This document shows, piece by piece, positions 24,382 to 37,772 of a stretch of 64,000 nucleotides of DNA (the stretch's first letter is position 1; each line of letters starts with the position of its first letter). Source of the stretch: Ramazzottius varieornatus (lineage: Eukaryota > Animalia > Tardigrada); NCBI GenBank assembly GCA_001949185.1, contig BDGG01000013.1:1380617-1444616 (forward strand). The letters run 5' to 3'. A model generated the notes under the pieces. It searched no databases. It was not told the DNA's origin and saw only the letters and a program-made list of their open reading frames with translations. A program made the position numbers and the translations under genes.

Positions 24382-25405
24382 AATTTTTGTCCTGGCTAGG
24401 TGTGAAGTTTGATGTATTCGCACTCCCACTACAAGTCTTCGGTAGACTACTGCAAAACCGGGTACGTACATTCCAGAGGTTGATACGGCGCTCGAGCAGA
24501 GCAAGGAATCGGATTAGCGTACGAATGAGCCAATTGAAAGGGAGCACGTGAGCGGAGCCGAACCGACTGAACCCACTTTTGTGCTCGGTGCTTAATTCCC
24601 GGGTGAGGCATATGGGCCGTTACTCGAGTGCGTAAGAAATCCGAGTAACGTTCCAACTAAGCTTTTCTGTGGGTATTTCTTCCCAGAAGTTTTTCAAAAC
24701 CTCAGATTTGCTTTCAAGACGTCCCACCGTGGTGCCAACTGCCCCTCTAACTGCATCTTTCAGGGTTTAACATCGGTTATTGATTATTCGTCAAACTGTA
24801 GCAACAACCTAGAAAACAACGAAAATCTCAGTTTGACTGTGGGTGTAACTGTGGCTTTCGAAAATTCGATGAGACTGCAACTTCAACTGTGACTTTTGCC
24901 ACAATAAGAACTGTGTCTCTAACTGTGGCTTCTGCCACTTTCTGAATTTTACTTTGCATTTAACTGCTGCTTTTCGTATCAAGACTCACTCGAGCTTTAA
25001 GCAGTCGGATAGAGATGAGATAAGTGTGATTTACGGAAATTTACCGAAACTGAATCGAAATTTTCGATTTGGTATGAGAAGTTACCGGAACCGAAATTAT
25101 CGGTGTGAGCCTCGCACTGGAAAATCGATCTCGGTATCCTCCCATACCAAATCGACACCAAATCGAAGTATTCCGGTTCAGCAAAAAAGTATCGAAGTTC
25201 AGAATGGTTGATTTAGGCGGCTTCTGATTAGAGTGATAAAGTACGGAGGGCTCTCCGAACATCACAATTCTGCTAACGTGCCACTTCGTAATTCTGTATG
25301 GTGGTTGATTGGTTCAATCATTACTGATCTACGCTTGAACCTGTCAAGCAATACCCTTCAAGTAGCAATGTGCCTGAAATCGAGGATCGATCTGACGATC
25401 ACGGT

Positions 25406-27045
25406 TTAGCTATTCAGCAGTTCTCGGTGCGATTTCGTTCCGGCCTGTAATACTAAAAATGTGCTCCCTTTCGCCAACAAAGTGCTCAGCCTATGACACA
25501 ATATGAAAGAATCGGGCAAGAGAGTCAGAGAAAAAGGTTCAAACAAATAAACGTAACAATTACAAGATCTATCCATGTTTTTCACACACCACGAAAAACC
25601 ACGGAGATCCAGTTTATCGAGAAAAGATCTAAAGGCTGGCAAGCTCTCACAATTTACAGAAGATGAGCAAAATTTCGAATCATTTACCAGAGCAGAGGCG
25701 ACATAGGCAAACGTATCAGAAGTTACCTTGAGAGTATCTACCTCTTTAATTCTTGTGGCTGGTTGAGTTCGGAACTTCCTGTCAGGAACCTTTGCCGGGT
25801 TTTGGCTCCTTGTGTTGACTCGAGGGGGCGGAAGGCCTGCAGCGTTGGTAATTAGGAGCTCTCCATCGGGGAACCCTCCGGTCCAAATCTCGTAGGCGTT
25901 AACCAGGACAGCCTTGGCTCTTCTCAACCAGATATTCCCACTGAACTTCCGCCAGGTGCTGGCGATACTGGCTGAAATTGCTGTTTTGTTTTTTTTTTGG
26001 TATCTTGCTCAGCCGGATGCTCTTCAGGAAGTCTTTCTGTACCTGCTCCAGTTGCTTTTGGTGCTATTGATTTGTTGGATTCCATACTGAGCAGGCGTGC
26101 TCGGCGACCGGAAGAACTAGGCTCTTGTACAGGAGTTGCCTGGCTGCACCAAGGCGTGGTGGAAAATACGTGCGGATGGCGTGGAGACGTTTCCGGCACT
26201 TGGCAGACACTGCGTCGACCTGCGCGGTCTGGTTTAGCTTTCTGTCGATCACCATACCAAGGCACGTGGACTGGCTTTCCGTTGGGATATTCTGGCTGGT
26301 GATGTGATAGCTGCCTTGAGGGACAGGAATACTTCCAGATCTTTTGAAGGAAAGGCGGATTTCGTCGGGTTTAGACTCAGCCCAGCTTCTTCGCAGTTCT
26401 CACCCAGCTGGTTTAGACATTTTTGAAAAGCTTGGCAGTCTTTAGGTCTAGCGATCACATGGTGAGCGACCATGTCGTCAGCGTACTGGAAGAGCTCGCA
26501 CTTCACATGGTCGGAAAGCTTGTTGACCGCCACAATGAAAAATAGCGGGCCCAGAACGGAACCTTGCGGAACGCCTAACCGAACCTCGTTGTATTCACTA
26601 TAGTAGCCTTCGACTGTCACTCTGAGTTCTTCCACGTAGGTAGTCTGTCAGCAGCTCCAGCAAGTCGCCAGTAACACCATGGTCTTGGAGACTTCTCACT
26701 AGCACTTCATGAGGAATACGATCAAAGGCTTTGTACAGTCGAGAAATACAGCTTCGACTTCCTTCTTCTCGGAAAACGCTTGTGACCACCGATTGACCAT
26801 ATGGAGCAGCAGGGATTCTGTGGACTGTTTTGCCCTAAAACCAAACTGTTTCGCTGTTAACAAACTATTCTTCTCTGAGAAGCTCGAAATTTTCAAAGCT
26901 AAAATCATCTCAAAAACTTCTGACAGAGATGGTAAGAGAGATATTGGTCTCCAGGTGGCGCCACCCTTCTTCGGCACCGGCAGAACATCGGCCTTCTGCC
27001 AAAAGGTAGGATACTGCTTGGTGGAAAGGATAAGGTTCATTAACC
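25406..27045 (-). mobile_element. 5'-truncated CR1/L2-like non-LTR retrotransposon (RT only, frameshifted)
   Basis: WRPISLLP, QFGFR, KAFD, GVPQGSVLGPLFF, QYADD, YKSLVLP...W across several frames. Confidence 0.9.
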
Positions 27046-30000
27046 TTTCTACTCTGTTCCGATGCAAAGCCAGGCTAAGCGCTGTATGAACAGAGTTCGA
27101 AAAATGCGGCAAGAGCGCCAGAGAAAAAGAGGGTATATAAAACAAAAACAACCAACTTTTTCGTTTTTAAAATCTCAAAATCTAAACCAGCAGAAGTACA
27201 TCTACGTTGTTCTTGCACCACATGAAATTCGAGAAGTTTAGCCCGCTCAGATAGTTCTTAAAACTCAACAAGCTATTTACATGAAGAGCAGATGGACAAA
27301 AAAGGCTATCTTTGAGCAATGCCTCGGCGATGTACGCAAACGAGCCGGAAGTGGACTCAAGAAGCTTGCAGGACAGTGGAGCGGTGGAGACAGGCAGCAT
27401 CATCAGGATTTTGGCTTAACTCCTTGTTTTCAAGTTCCGGCTTGGTTCTTGGCTCTTCAGCAGACGATTACCGTTGGCAAAATTACCAGTCCAAATTCGA
27501 AAGACGTTCACCAGGAGGTTTTCACAGCGTCGATGCCAGAGTGGCTTTCATGCGACTTCTTGCAAATGCTGGCAGTATCGCTTGAAGTCTGGATCGTGCC
27601 TGTCTTTGTCTGCTCGGCTCAATCGGATGCTCTGCAGGAACTTCTTCTGAATGGATTCCAGCTGTCTTTGCAGGCTCTTGGTCGTAGGGAACCAGCATGA
27701 CGAGGCATAGTCGTGGACTGCTCTTACGAGGCTCTTGTAAAGAAGCTGCTTCACTGCTCCCTATCGTTGGGGAAAGAACGCGTTGACAGAGTACAATCTT
27801 TGCCTGCACTTGGCCGTCACTTTGTCCACTTGGGCTGTCCATTCGAGCTTGCTTGAGAATGTTACGCCGAGACAAACTGCTTCATTCACCAAAGGGATCT
27901 TCTTGCCACTAATCACGTAGTATTCGCCTGGAACCTTCACACTCTTGTCTCGCTTGTTCGAGATCCGGAGGTGCTGCGACTTTTCCGGATTGATTTCGAG
28001 GCCGACTTCTTTACACCATGCTTCTAACCGTTGGAGAGCTTGCTGGAGGACAACGCAGTCTTCATGTTTCTTGATTGTTCGAGACAGAACAATGTCATCG
28101 GCGTACTGCATGACCGTGGAACTGATGCTTTTGGCTAGGCTGTTAACGGCAACGGTGAAGAGAAGTGGGCCAAGAATTGAACCCTGCGGCACACCAGATG
28201 GGACAGATTGTTCCGACGAGAAATGTCCCTCAACCACGACTCTTTGGCTCCTTCCTTTCAAGTAATCAGACAGCAAACCTTTCATCTCACCATTCACTCC
28301 ATGACTTGACAGGCTAGTGACGATGGACGAGTGCGGAAGCTTGTCGAAGGCTTTCGAACAGTCCAAAAGAACCACGTCTTCTTCGTCTCTTTGTAAGAGG
28401 GCTTGTGAGTATGGGTGAGCCATATGGAGCAACTGCATTTCCGTCGACCTCTGCTTTCTGAATCCGTACTGCGTATCTGAAAGTAGATTATTCTTATCAA
28501 GATAGTTACTCAGATGACTCGCCACAATCTTCTCGAACAGTTTGGATAATGGTGGTAGAAGGGAGATGGGACGAAAGGAAGAGCTTCCCTTCTTTGGTAT
28601 TGGTACCACTTCGGTCTGCTTTCACGCTGTGGGGAATTCTCTTTTGCTGACGATCAGGTTGAACAGTCTTGACAAGGGATATACTACGGATGTTCCCGCG
28701 ATCTTGAGTAGCTGGTTGGTTATCAGGAAGGAACCAGCAGCTTTAGCAGAGTCTAGGCGTTGGATTTGCTTCAAGATCACCGAGGTAGTGAAGTGGCGGG
28801 CAGTGGGGTGTCTCTGGGGGCTCAACACGTATCGGCTCACCATGGCTAACGGTTGATGGCAGGCAGTGGCGTGGACAGGCAGAGTACACTTTGGAGAATT
28901 CTTGGCTGATGAACTCGGCTTTGTCTTGCGCATCTACGATGTACTTCTCATCATGACCAGGTATCGGGATAGGCGGGATAGATGCAGCGGAGGTGTTCTT
29001 CTTGACATGTTTCGAGACTGCTCGGGGATTTCTGCGGGATGCTTTTGCGATGCCATAAAGACGACGATGCTTGTCAGACTGGATGATCCTTCTCTTGCTA
29101 ACTTCGAGCTCCTTCCAACTTGAATAATCTGCTTGATCCCTTGTTCTTCTCCGTTTCTTAAAGGCACTTCCACATCTTCGCAAGCTATCAATAGCTCTTT
29201 CGGAGAGGGAAGGACGATGAAGACGCTTGGCTCCGATAGACTTCAACTGAAAAGCACTCTTCGCAGCAGCGATGAATTTATCCTGAAAAACAGTAACGGC
29301 AACATCGACATTGCACATCAAATCAAACACCTGGCCCCAATTAACCGATGATAGTGCAGTCTTGAAAACATTGATATTCTCTCCGTCAATTTTCCACACC
29401 AGCTTTGGCTTCGTCTTGAAGTTCGGAGTCATAAGCATCAGCTTGGTTTCGATGGCTTGATGGTCACATGTAGCTGAAGGTGGGTTAACGATCCTGGTGT
29501 TGCGAACGAAGCCCAGTTGGGTAACGAAGAGCTGGTCGAGTGATGACTCGCTTCGTCCCCGCTTTCGAGTGGTGCCTTTCACTTTCTGCCACAGTTTAAA
29601 CTCGTTCTTCAACTGGATCAAATCCCTGTCCCTTTCCGACTTTCCACTTGTATCGCCATCCCAGACTATCTTTGGACAATTAAAGTCACCAACTAGGAAA
29701 ATATTCCGCCGTAAGAATGGTGGAAAGAGCTCCATCGACGTGCGAAGCTCCGAGAAGACTTGGGTATCGTAAGCTGGCGCATAAACTACTCCGATCAGGA
29801 CGTTCAAATGCAAGCAAATCAGCTTGATCCACATCACCTCCACACCGTCCACTTCCAGGCTCTCCATTCTGACAGCTTGTAGCCCCTTCTTGATGGCGAT
29901 GGCTACTCCTCCTCCCGCTTGCTTCTTGCATCCTTCTCGATCCTTCCGGAAGAGATTGCAATGTTCAGGGTCAGCAATCAAACAATCAGGGGTAGAGTTA

Positions 30001-30152
30001 TCTGCCCAAGTTTCGACCAACGCGACGATATCCGCCTTCTTCTCGCCCATCCATCTCTTGGTCTCCTCGCTTTTGCTTCTGATGCCATTGACGTTTCCGT
30101 ACAAGAACGTCAGCTTCTTCCCGATTTCACCTGAAAACCTAAGAGGAGGCAT
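27046..30152 (-). mobile_element. CR1/L2-like non-LTR retrotransposon ORF2 (APE endonuclease + RT), inactivated
   Basis: APE motifs NVNG, VETW, GGGVAI, GDFN, CDH. RT motifs FRPISLLP, QYGFR, KAFD, GVPQGSILGPLLF, QYADD. Stops/frameshifts near 28860, 28622 and 27761. Confidence 0.93.
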
Positions 30153-30339
30153 CTCGCAGTCGATAAGAGAGGTGAATATTGATTAATCTTGTTGTGAGTT
30201 CCGACTGTGCGAACAATACCGGTGCATCTTGACAACCATCAAACGAAAATGTTTGACGTGATGATACAGACTTCAGCTTCTTCTAGCATACGTCGACTGG
30301 TCAGCATCCGGAACCAGCTTTCGGATTCTGAAGACTACT

Positions 30340-30714
30340 TTCTGACGGAATTTTTGTGGCACCAGTACAGTTTAGAAGGTTGAAGAGGCGAGGGAGTGGA
30401 TATACGAGAGCAAAGCCAGCAGTCAGAGCATTTGTTAGAAGGTACGAGCCTGCTACTTTCTTCACATGGATGTTCTTCAGTACTCTCCATACTTCCGGTG
30501 CTGAGACTTTTGAGTTTTGCAACCACTCCTTACATTTCGTCAAAGTTGACTGAGCTTCGTTTTTTGGGTGGTGGCAGTGGTGGTCACAGTCGACATAATC
30601 TTTCAGGAAGACGGAGGCAATGTGGTTAGCTTTGTATTTCGGATGGACCAGGTACTTCTCTTCTGCGCCAGGTAGAGGGATAGGAGGAAGACTTTCTGAC
30701 TTTATGGCGACCAT
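30340..30714 (-). mobile_element. Third LINE fragment (EN-RT linker), same family
   Basis: SLPPIPLPG...KANHIA...KKVAGSYLLTN...LVYPLPRLFNL parallels the same region of the 27046-30152 copy. Confidence 0.75.
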
Positions 30715-30941
30715 TCACTACTCGCTCTCATGAAACTGAAATGGGAAAACGTTGACCTCATCAACGTCGACGAGGTTATTGTGGCGAAGCATTTCACCTC
30801 TGTAGGTGATACACTCGTCGGGTTCGCAAGGACGGGACGGTAACAAGTAATATTCTAGTTTGCGCATCGATCACGGCAAGTGAAAGGGGACCAGGCCCAC
30901 TTGACCGAAAAGCACGACTGCCTTCGACAGACTTTCAACCA

Positions 30942-31120
30942 CAAGCACGCCGAGGAAGTTTGGGCCAGTAGAAAGTATGGACCAGGCGGAAAAGACGACA
31001 AAGTACAGATCCATCAGTAGAAAGTTGTCGAAAAGTGCATTACAGCGAATTGGTCGCGTACGTATGTACTTCCTGCCGCTGTTTCGGAATGGCCGGGCTC
31101 AAACTTCCTCGGCGTGCTTG
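30942..31120. mobile_element. MITE, pogo-relic-related family
   Basis: TIR CAAGCACGCCGAGGAAGTTTG / CAAACTTCCTCGGCGTGCTTG. Interior similar to 37571-37772 and 6988-7050. Confidence 0.8.
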
Positions 31121-32024
31121 TACAGTAGTTCAACCAGATCGTCAATAAGGTCGACGGCGAATGGCGGATATGTGCAGTGTCCCAAAACACGGGGTACATG
31201 GTGTCACAGGGGAGTCCAAAGGAGGAAAAAACAATCCATACCATATCACAGGAATGAAAAGACACATGTACCTGGTCTTGGATAGAGAGGAAACAAAGTG
31301 ATTTTGCCAGTTTGAACTTCTTGCACTCACTAACACTTCCAGCACGATCGTTTTCATGTTTGCAGAATACTACCGCCCTCTTTGCGTATACAGAAATTTT
31401 ATTGGCTGGTACCGTGTTGCGGAGGCTGGTCCAACCAACAGGCAATTTTCGAAATTTCAAAATTCGGATAATTGGCAGGCCATGAACGCCAAATCTCAAA
31501 AGGCAGAACTGGTTGTCTTGATTTTCTTCTAACCGCACTGATGACTACGAAATTTATCCCAGGCTCGGCTTCGATAGATAAGACTGTCCCCAGTGCTCCA
31601 GTTTTTTTCTAAGCGAATACCGTGCACGTGTCTTGCGCGAAGAGCCGAAACACCAAATTTCACCAAAACCACCCGGAACCGTAGAAACAATCTCCTGCGT
31701 GCTGGGGTTTTGCTGACCGCTGGTCATTAGTGTTGCTTTGGTGAGAAGACCGAGGTACATGCAAACAAAAAGCCCTAGACCCGAAAGACCAAAAGCTAAA
31801 ACTGGAAGGTAAATAAAACTGAGCGATTGTATACACAAAGAGGACGGTCGTACGCAGAGTGTTAATATAGTCATTATACTGACGAAATAAAATATTTTCC
31901 ATTAATCAGAAACACTGTGGACTCTTCGCTCGTTTCAACCGTTTAACCGTTTAACCGTGAACGGTGAAGCTGCCTTGGTCGAAGAGAACAAAGCCAGACT
32001 TCAGGGGAAAATAACCGGTAAGAT

Positions 32025-32444
32025 TCAACGATGAGCTTCCTGATTAGATTTTGCTGGTGCAGGGGTACTGCTTGACCAAGGGAGTGAGCTGGTACTTGTC
32101 ACTGCCAAGCGGATATCCACCGTGTTATATTGGTCGTCATCCGTGCATCCACAGTGCATGTATATTTCACTAGGACGTTCGAGACTAGAGTAGTAATGTC
32201 CCGTGGAGTCAACCAAGGCGGAGAACGCTGGCGAACGAGCAATCAAGATGGCACGATGCACAGGCTTCTCAGTGCCATCCGAAGACACCAGGACGGGATC
32301 GCGACCGACTGGCGATTCGTACAAACCGACAAGGCTTTGACGAAAACTGTCCCAGGTTTCGAAAGAGAAGAGTCGGCTATCGGACGGTAAGGCCTCTAAT
32401 GCCATACATTCTACCTCAGCTCGTAGGATCAGCAGTTCATCCAT
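32025..32444 (-). pseudogene. BTB/POZ-domain gene remnant
   Basis: DPVLVSSDGTEKPVHRAILIARSPAFSAL is the BTB N-terminal signature. The downstream frame degenerates. Confidence 0.6.
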
Positions 32445-32979
32445 CAGAACCGACGAGGCTCTGTGCGAAGTGTAGACCGATGGGTGACAAAAATTGAAGG
32501 GAAATGCGCGAATAAATCAAAACCACGGATTTTGTGGATTTTGCAGGGAAACTAGTTCTTCTAGCAAAAATCGTGACTTACTCTCGGAGCCAAAACTTCA
32601 GACTTACCACCGCTCCTCATGTAGACCAGTCTTCTCTCTAGTTATTGTTACTGTGGAAACCGGTTGTGAAGACCCAAAAGAGAGGAGCGTACTGAAGTGC
32701 TACGGAGCCATCTGCAGGCTGCTTGCATGGTGGTCCGGTGATGGTGGTACTCAGTTCAAAGTTACTCACACTGTCGCTACATTATCTTGACGGAGCTGTT
32801 GAAAGCTCTCAACGAATAAGCACAATTACTGTACCTGGGGCGCAGCTGTCAGGTTCCGCTTTTCGGGTGTCGGAGGTTGTTGCAACTAGCTTCTACCTGC
32901 GGACCTACTGTCAACTTTTTCCTCCAATTCGGTGAAGTCGTCAGCGCAATCTCACTCGACAGCTTTGGGCGTTATTAGG

Positions 32980-33198
32980 TATAAGGGGAACAAAGCGAAG
33001 TTGTCAGGCATGGGGGAGTTGTCAGGTCGAACTTTTTCTTTCCGCTCATCCGAATCTTTCGGTTTAACTTGGTTTGACAGATAAAGACCTAGATTTGTAC
33101 CCCACTTCAAACCAGGGAATTCGGATGAGCGGAAGGCAGAAAGTTCGACCTGACAAGTCCACCAAGCCTGACAACTCCGCCATGTTTACCTCGTGTAG
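32980..33198. mobile_element. Degenerate MITE
   Basis: Inverted arms GTTGTCAGGCATGGGGGAGTTGTCAGGTCGAACTTT / AAAGTTCGACCTGACAAGTCCACCAAGCCTGACAAC. Confidence 0.7.
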
Positions 33199-33417
33199 AA
33201 TTCGCGAGCCGGTAAGAGTAAGGTCTTTCTTACACTTACACTGTAAGCGCATTTCCGTGAGCTGACAAGCTTTGAGAACTCAGTTTGCGATCTTCGGCAA
33301 AGCTCTCGCGAGATACCGCAAGGCTACCGGTCACCTACGTACTCTCGCCCACTACTCAGGCCTCAGTTGCAGTTTGGAACATTCATTCTCCGAAACTGCA
33401 TTGAATCCTTCCTAAAC

Positions 33418-36400
33418 ATGCGGGAGCAATTTCTGTTGTTGATTTTGTTCGTTGCTTGTGATGGATCATATTATAGTGGGTACGCCACTTAAATTCCAAG
33501 TACTCTAGGTAAGTGTACCGTCCGTCGTCAGCCTACGCGACCTCGAAAACAGTGCTCGGCAGTCTGCAGGTAATTACAGAGCATAGTTTATTGTTGTCAA
33601 CTTCTTCCGGTTTAGCTAGCCGAACTACACCTCGGGTGACAACCACCCCGTCTACTGATGCCTGTGACTACAAGCAAGATCGTCTCCCGCAGAATGTCCA
33701 CCCCACAATTTACGACCTCGAAATGCAGACATCGATTCCCAACAGAAATTTTAACGGGTCAGTGCGCATCACGCTGAAGATCCTCCAAGAAACGACGATG
33801 GTGGTACTGCACGCTAAAGACCTGACGATTCTCTCGGCTACTCTGACGGAAGACTCCTTGGATAGGAAGAACTTGATCGGTCGAATGGAAATGTGCGAAG
33901 CGTCAAGTCAGTTACAGTTGACGAGCAAGACACAGCTTATGCCAATGGTGAAGTACACGCTGGAATTCATCTTCCAAGCACCATTCAGAGACGATTTGCA
34001 TGGATATTATGGCAGCGATTATCTTGATGATACCGGGAAGAAAGTGTAAGGGTGGAGTTGCCTTTTTCGTTCCTGTTTTTATTGTCCGAGTACGAGAAGT
34101 ACGAGTCCAGAAGTACTCGTACAAATGGAGTATAATTACGATGGGAAACATCATCTGTAGAACTTTGGCAACGACGCAATCTGAGGACTTGTTCGCACGG
34201 ACGGCCTTTCCGTGTTTCGACGAGCCAGCATTCAAAGCTGGCTCGTCGAATGAAACTCACGACAGCGATTTGCTAGCCCTGTTCAATACACCGGTGAAAT
34301 CGACGGTATAATTGTATTTCTGACAAACTTGCATTACCTTCGCTGAAAGGCTCATGGAAGATGTGGAAATCTGGTCTTTCAGGAAGCCGTTGCGGGAAGG
34401 CCCGAGCTGATCACGACCAGCTACGAGGATACACCTTTGATGTCGACTTACCTGGTGGCTTTCACAATCTGTGACTTTGGGAAGATCTCCGCCAAAAGTC
34501 GAAGTGGAATAGAAGTATAAATGTTTTTCCCCAGACAAATACGAGTACTACGTACTGTAAAATTCGCTGCGTCCGCACGATACGTCATCGTGCACGCTAA
34601 GTACACCTCGGTTCGGCTTTACTGCCTGTCGACCCCCTTCGGGGTTGCATCGTTACACAGGTGTACGGACTGCGCCGACGCAGCGAAGTATAGAAACAGT
34701 ATATAACTTCGGTCGCTAAGGTTTGAATGACATGATGGGAAATTTCTCTGCTTGCAGGTGTCTTTCTACGCAGTCCGGCAGAAGCTCAGCCAGACAGACT
34801 TTGCTCTGCAAATTGCGATCGGCGCCCTGGACTTTCACGAGAAGTTTCTCAATATACCTTACCCACTGTCTAAACTCGGTGCATACCTTGAACGTATAAG
34901 GTAGCGTCGTGCTTCTGGATTTCCCAGTCACAAAGTTTGGGTATTACTTTCAGACCTAATTGCTATCCCTGACTTCGCGTCTATTGCCATGGAAAACTGG
35001 GAGCTAATGTACGTGAGATCCACAGTTCGAAGTTTGCGGATTTCTCCGTACAAAGACCAACCTTTCGCTCGTTTTTCATTACAGCTCCTACCGGGAACAG
35101 TGGGTGCTGTTCGATCCCAAAGAATACGGTGTTTCCCAGATGGATCTCGTCTCCACCACCGTTGCTCACGAGATTGCCCACCAATGGTGTGGCAACCTGG
35201 TGACCATGACATGGTGGGATCAACTTTGGCTGAACGAAGGCTTTGCTACCTTCATGCAGCAACTGGGTGCCGACGCGGCGATGCCTGCGCTCGGTGCCTT
35301 CTCACGGTTCTCAACTTCCATTATGCAGTCCGTGCTAACGTTAGACACCCTGAGCAGCACACACCCATCCTGACCAATGTTACGGTAAATAAAGTGCATC
35401 TGCATGCCCCGTTAGACGTTAGTTTGCTCAGTTTACAGCTTGGTGTATGCAGGTACATGAACATCTGTTGCATTCGTTTTCCGGCTTTTTGGTGTCATTG
35501 TACAACTCTCCCATTCTTGACGGTCGTGTCAATGCTTCGCTTTTTTTCTTGGAGGATCCTTCGGAAATTGCCGCACTCTTTGACGAAATCACCTATTCGA
35601 AAGGAGCGTCGGTGCTTCTGATGCTGTACGAGTCCCTCGGCCCTCCAGTCTTCCAAAAAGGCGTCACGAACTATCTGAACGAACACAAATTCGGCAATGC
35701 CGTATCCGAAGCTTTGTGGTCTTCTCTAGACGACGCATGGCTCAGCAACACACCCCGTATCACGACGAAGAAAATAGCGGACAAATGGACGTTGCAGGCA
35801 AAGCCGCTTTACAGCCAGACAGGAGATTTGCCTCAGTATCTCAGAAGAGAATCAGTCCGGCTACAATGTTCTCCGTCAGGCCGAGCAGTTCGGAGAAGAG
35901 TTGGATAATCCCGCTGAACTATCTGACAGCGTCCTCGCCCCAGAACGTAACGAATCTGTGGCTGGATGAACCGACGAAGAGTTGCAATTGGGGCAGTGGA
36001 ACAGAGATAGTTCAAACTGAACGCGGGACAGAGGGGCTTCTATCGCGTGTACTATGACCCATGCGTTGACAGAGGCTCTGAAGGAAAACCCGGAAGTAAT
36101 GGCGCCGGCTGACAAAGCGAACCTCTTAGATGACGCTTTCAGCCTTGCTAAGCAACTCGGTTTTCATTCAGTACTGTAATGTAATGCTTCTTCCGCGTGT
36201 ATACAGCGTGTCATGATTTTCTTCCAGAATTGGTCAGGGGGATCTGGCCATTGCATTCAGCTTGGCGGCATATTTAACCAAAGAACGGCACTTCGTCCCC
36301 TGGATCACCGTCACGACGCACTTTGACTGGATAGATGCCATCCTCTTCGACACGGATGCTTTCGCAAAGTTTCGCCGCTGGCGCCAAAAGCTGATCCGGC

Positions 36401-37252
36401 GGGCCTTTGCCAACATATCCTGTTCATCGGTTCCTTCTGACAATATCTTTCTAAGGTTCGGTACAACAATCCCCATTTTTCTCTCATCCATTATTACAGT
36501 GTCAGGGATGCAGTCGTTGGACGAATGACAACGCAGGTCTTCTGTTTCAGGCGTCAATGTCTGCAGATCTTCGAAGAAGTCTGTCGCGCTGACTTACCAG
36601 CGTGTATCCAAACGTCAAGACAGATGTTCGACGAGGGAGCCACTCCGGTCGATTTGCGCGCTGCAGTTTGTCACGCAGTGATAAAGCATGGAAGTACAGA
36701 AGACTGGAACCGCTTGTGGGGCAGATATCTCACTACACAGATTGCATCGGAAAAGTCCGCTGTTCTAGACGCTTTGACTATTACTCAAAACATTATGCTC
36801 GTTGAACGGTAATAGAACATTGCCCGCTATCACTCCCGCTAATGCCACTTATTCTTTAAACTTCTTTCATTGTTCCGTTCCCTATCAGGTTGCTGAAGTC
36901 CGCCTTCGATCCAGCACTAGTTCGTCCACAGGATTCGATCCAGGTTCTCAAGGGCTTGTCAAAGAATTACGTTGGACGTGATGCAGCGTGGAAAACGATC
37001 AAAGAGTTGTGGGATGACACCCTGGTCGTAACATATGGTGACGACCCAACTCTCATTGACATCTTCAAGTCTTTGCAGTGGATGACGTCCAGCGGCGACT
37101 TGGTGGATGTGAAAGAATTTTTCAGTAAACACGGTCGTGATGTCGGTTCGGGTGCTCTTCCATTGAGTCAGACTGTTGAGACCATTGAACTCCGAAGAAA
37201 GTTCCTTGATAACTCACTGACGACCTTCGATGCTATTCTAGTCAACTCCTGA
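33418..37252 (+). pseudogene. M1 family zinc aminopeptidase (aminopeptidase N/A-like) pseudogene
   Basis: RLPQNVHPTIYDL, ARTAFPCFDEP, MSTYLVAF, IAMENW, HEIAHQW...[20 protein letters not shown]1-like C-terminus. Lesions: 1-nt frameshift at ~35366, TAG at 36008-36010, further frameshifts at ~36000-36070, and GAMEN changed to IAMEN. Confidence 0.85.
34555..34699. mobile_element. TA-flanked ~145-bp MITE in aminopeptidase intron
   Basis: TIR CTGT...TTCGCTGCGTC / GACGCAGCGAA...ACAG. Homologous to 48836-48979. Confidence 0.85.
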
Positions 37253-37570
37253 TCTTTTCTTTAATTACTTAAGCTTGAGCACTGAGCTGTTGTAGTGTAG
37301 ATCCATGCTTTGAACATCGAAATACAGTAGAACCGAGTTCATGAAGTTGTCCAAGGACCGACTTCCCGAGTTACGCGTTCTGTCCATGTTACGCCTGCGC
37401 ATGCGGTATCAGGCTAGCGTACTTTCAGATGGCGGGCGCCCTTTGGGGAATGATGTGTCCAGATATTCGATGATACAAAGTCGAAGAACAGTGGGTATAC
37501 ACCAGTAAGTGATGTCAACAAACTTTGACTAAGTTAGCATGGAATGCGATTTACCGCTTTGCGCTCATAG

Positions 37571-37772
37571 TACACGTACGATGGAAAATCATGGGACAGT
37601 ACAAATTATGGGACAGGCGGAAAGGACGACAAAATGGAAATTCACCGCGTAGGAAAGTGTCGAAAAGTGTATTACTGCGAATCGGTCGGGTACGTACTTG
37701 CTCCCGTACCGCCGTAGCGAAAAGGCCTGTCCCATCATTTTCACTGTCCCATATTTTCCCGTCGTGCGTTTA
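37571..37772. mobile_element. MITE, pogo-relic-related family
   Basis: ~48-bp imperfect TIRs with duplicated ATGGGACAG, TA at both ends, interior similar to 30942-31120. Confidence 0.8.

Noticed and set aside
24620-25200. AACTG-rich repeats and an imperfect inverted repeat downstream of tRNA-Glu
   Set aside because: Probably decayed MITEs, but no clear TIR or TSD to support a call.
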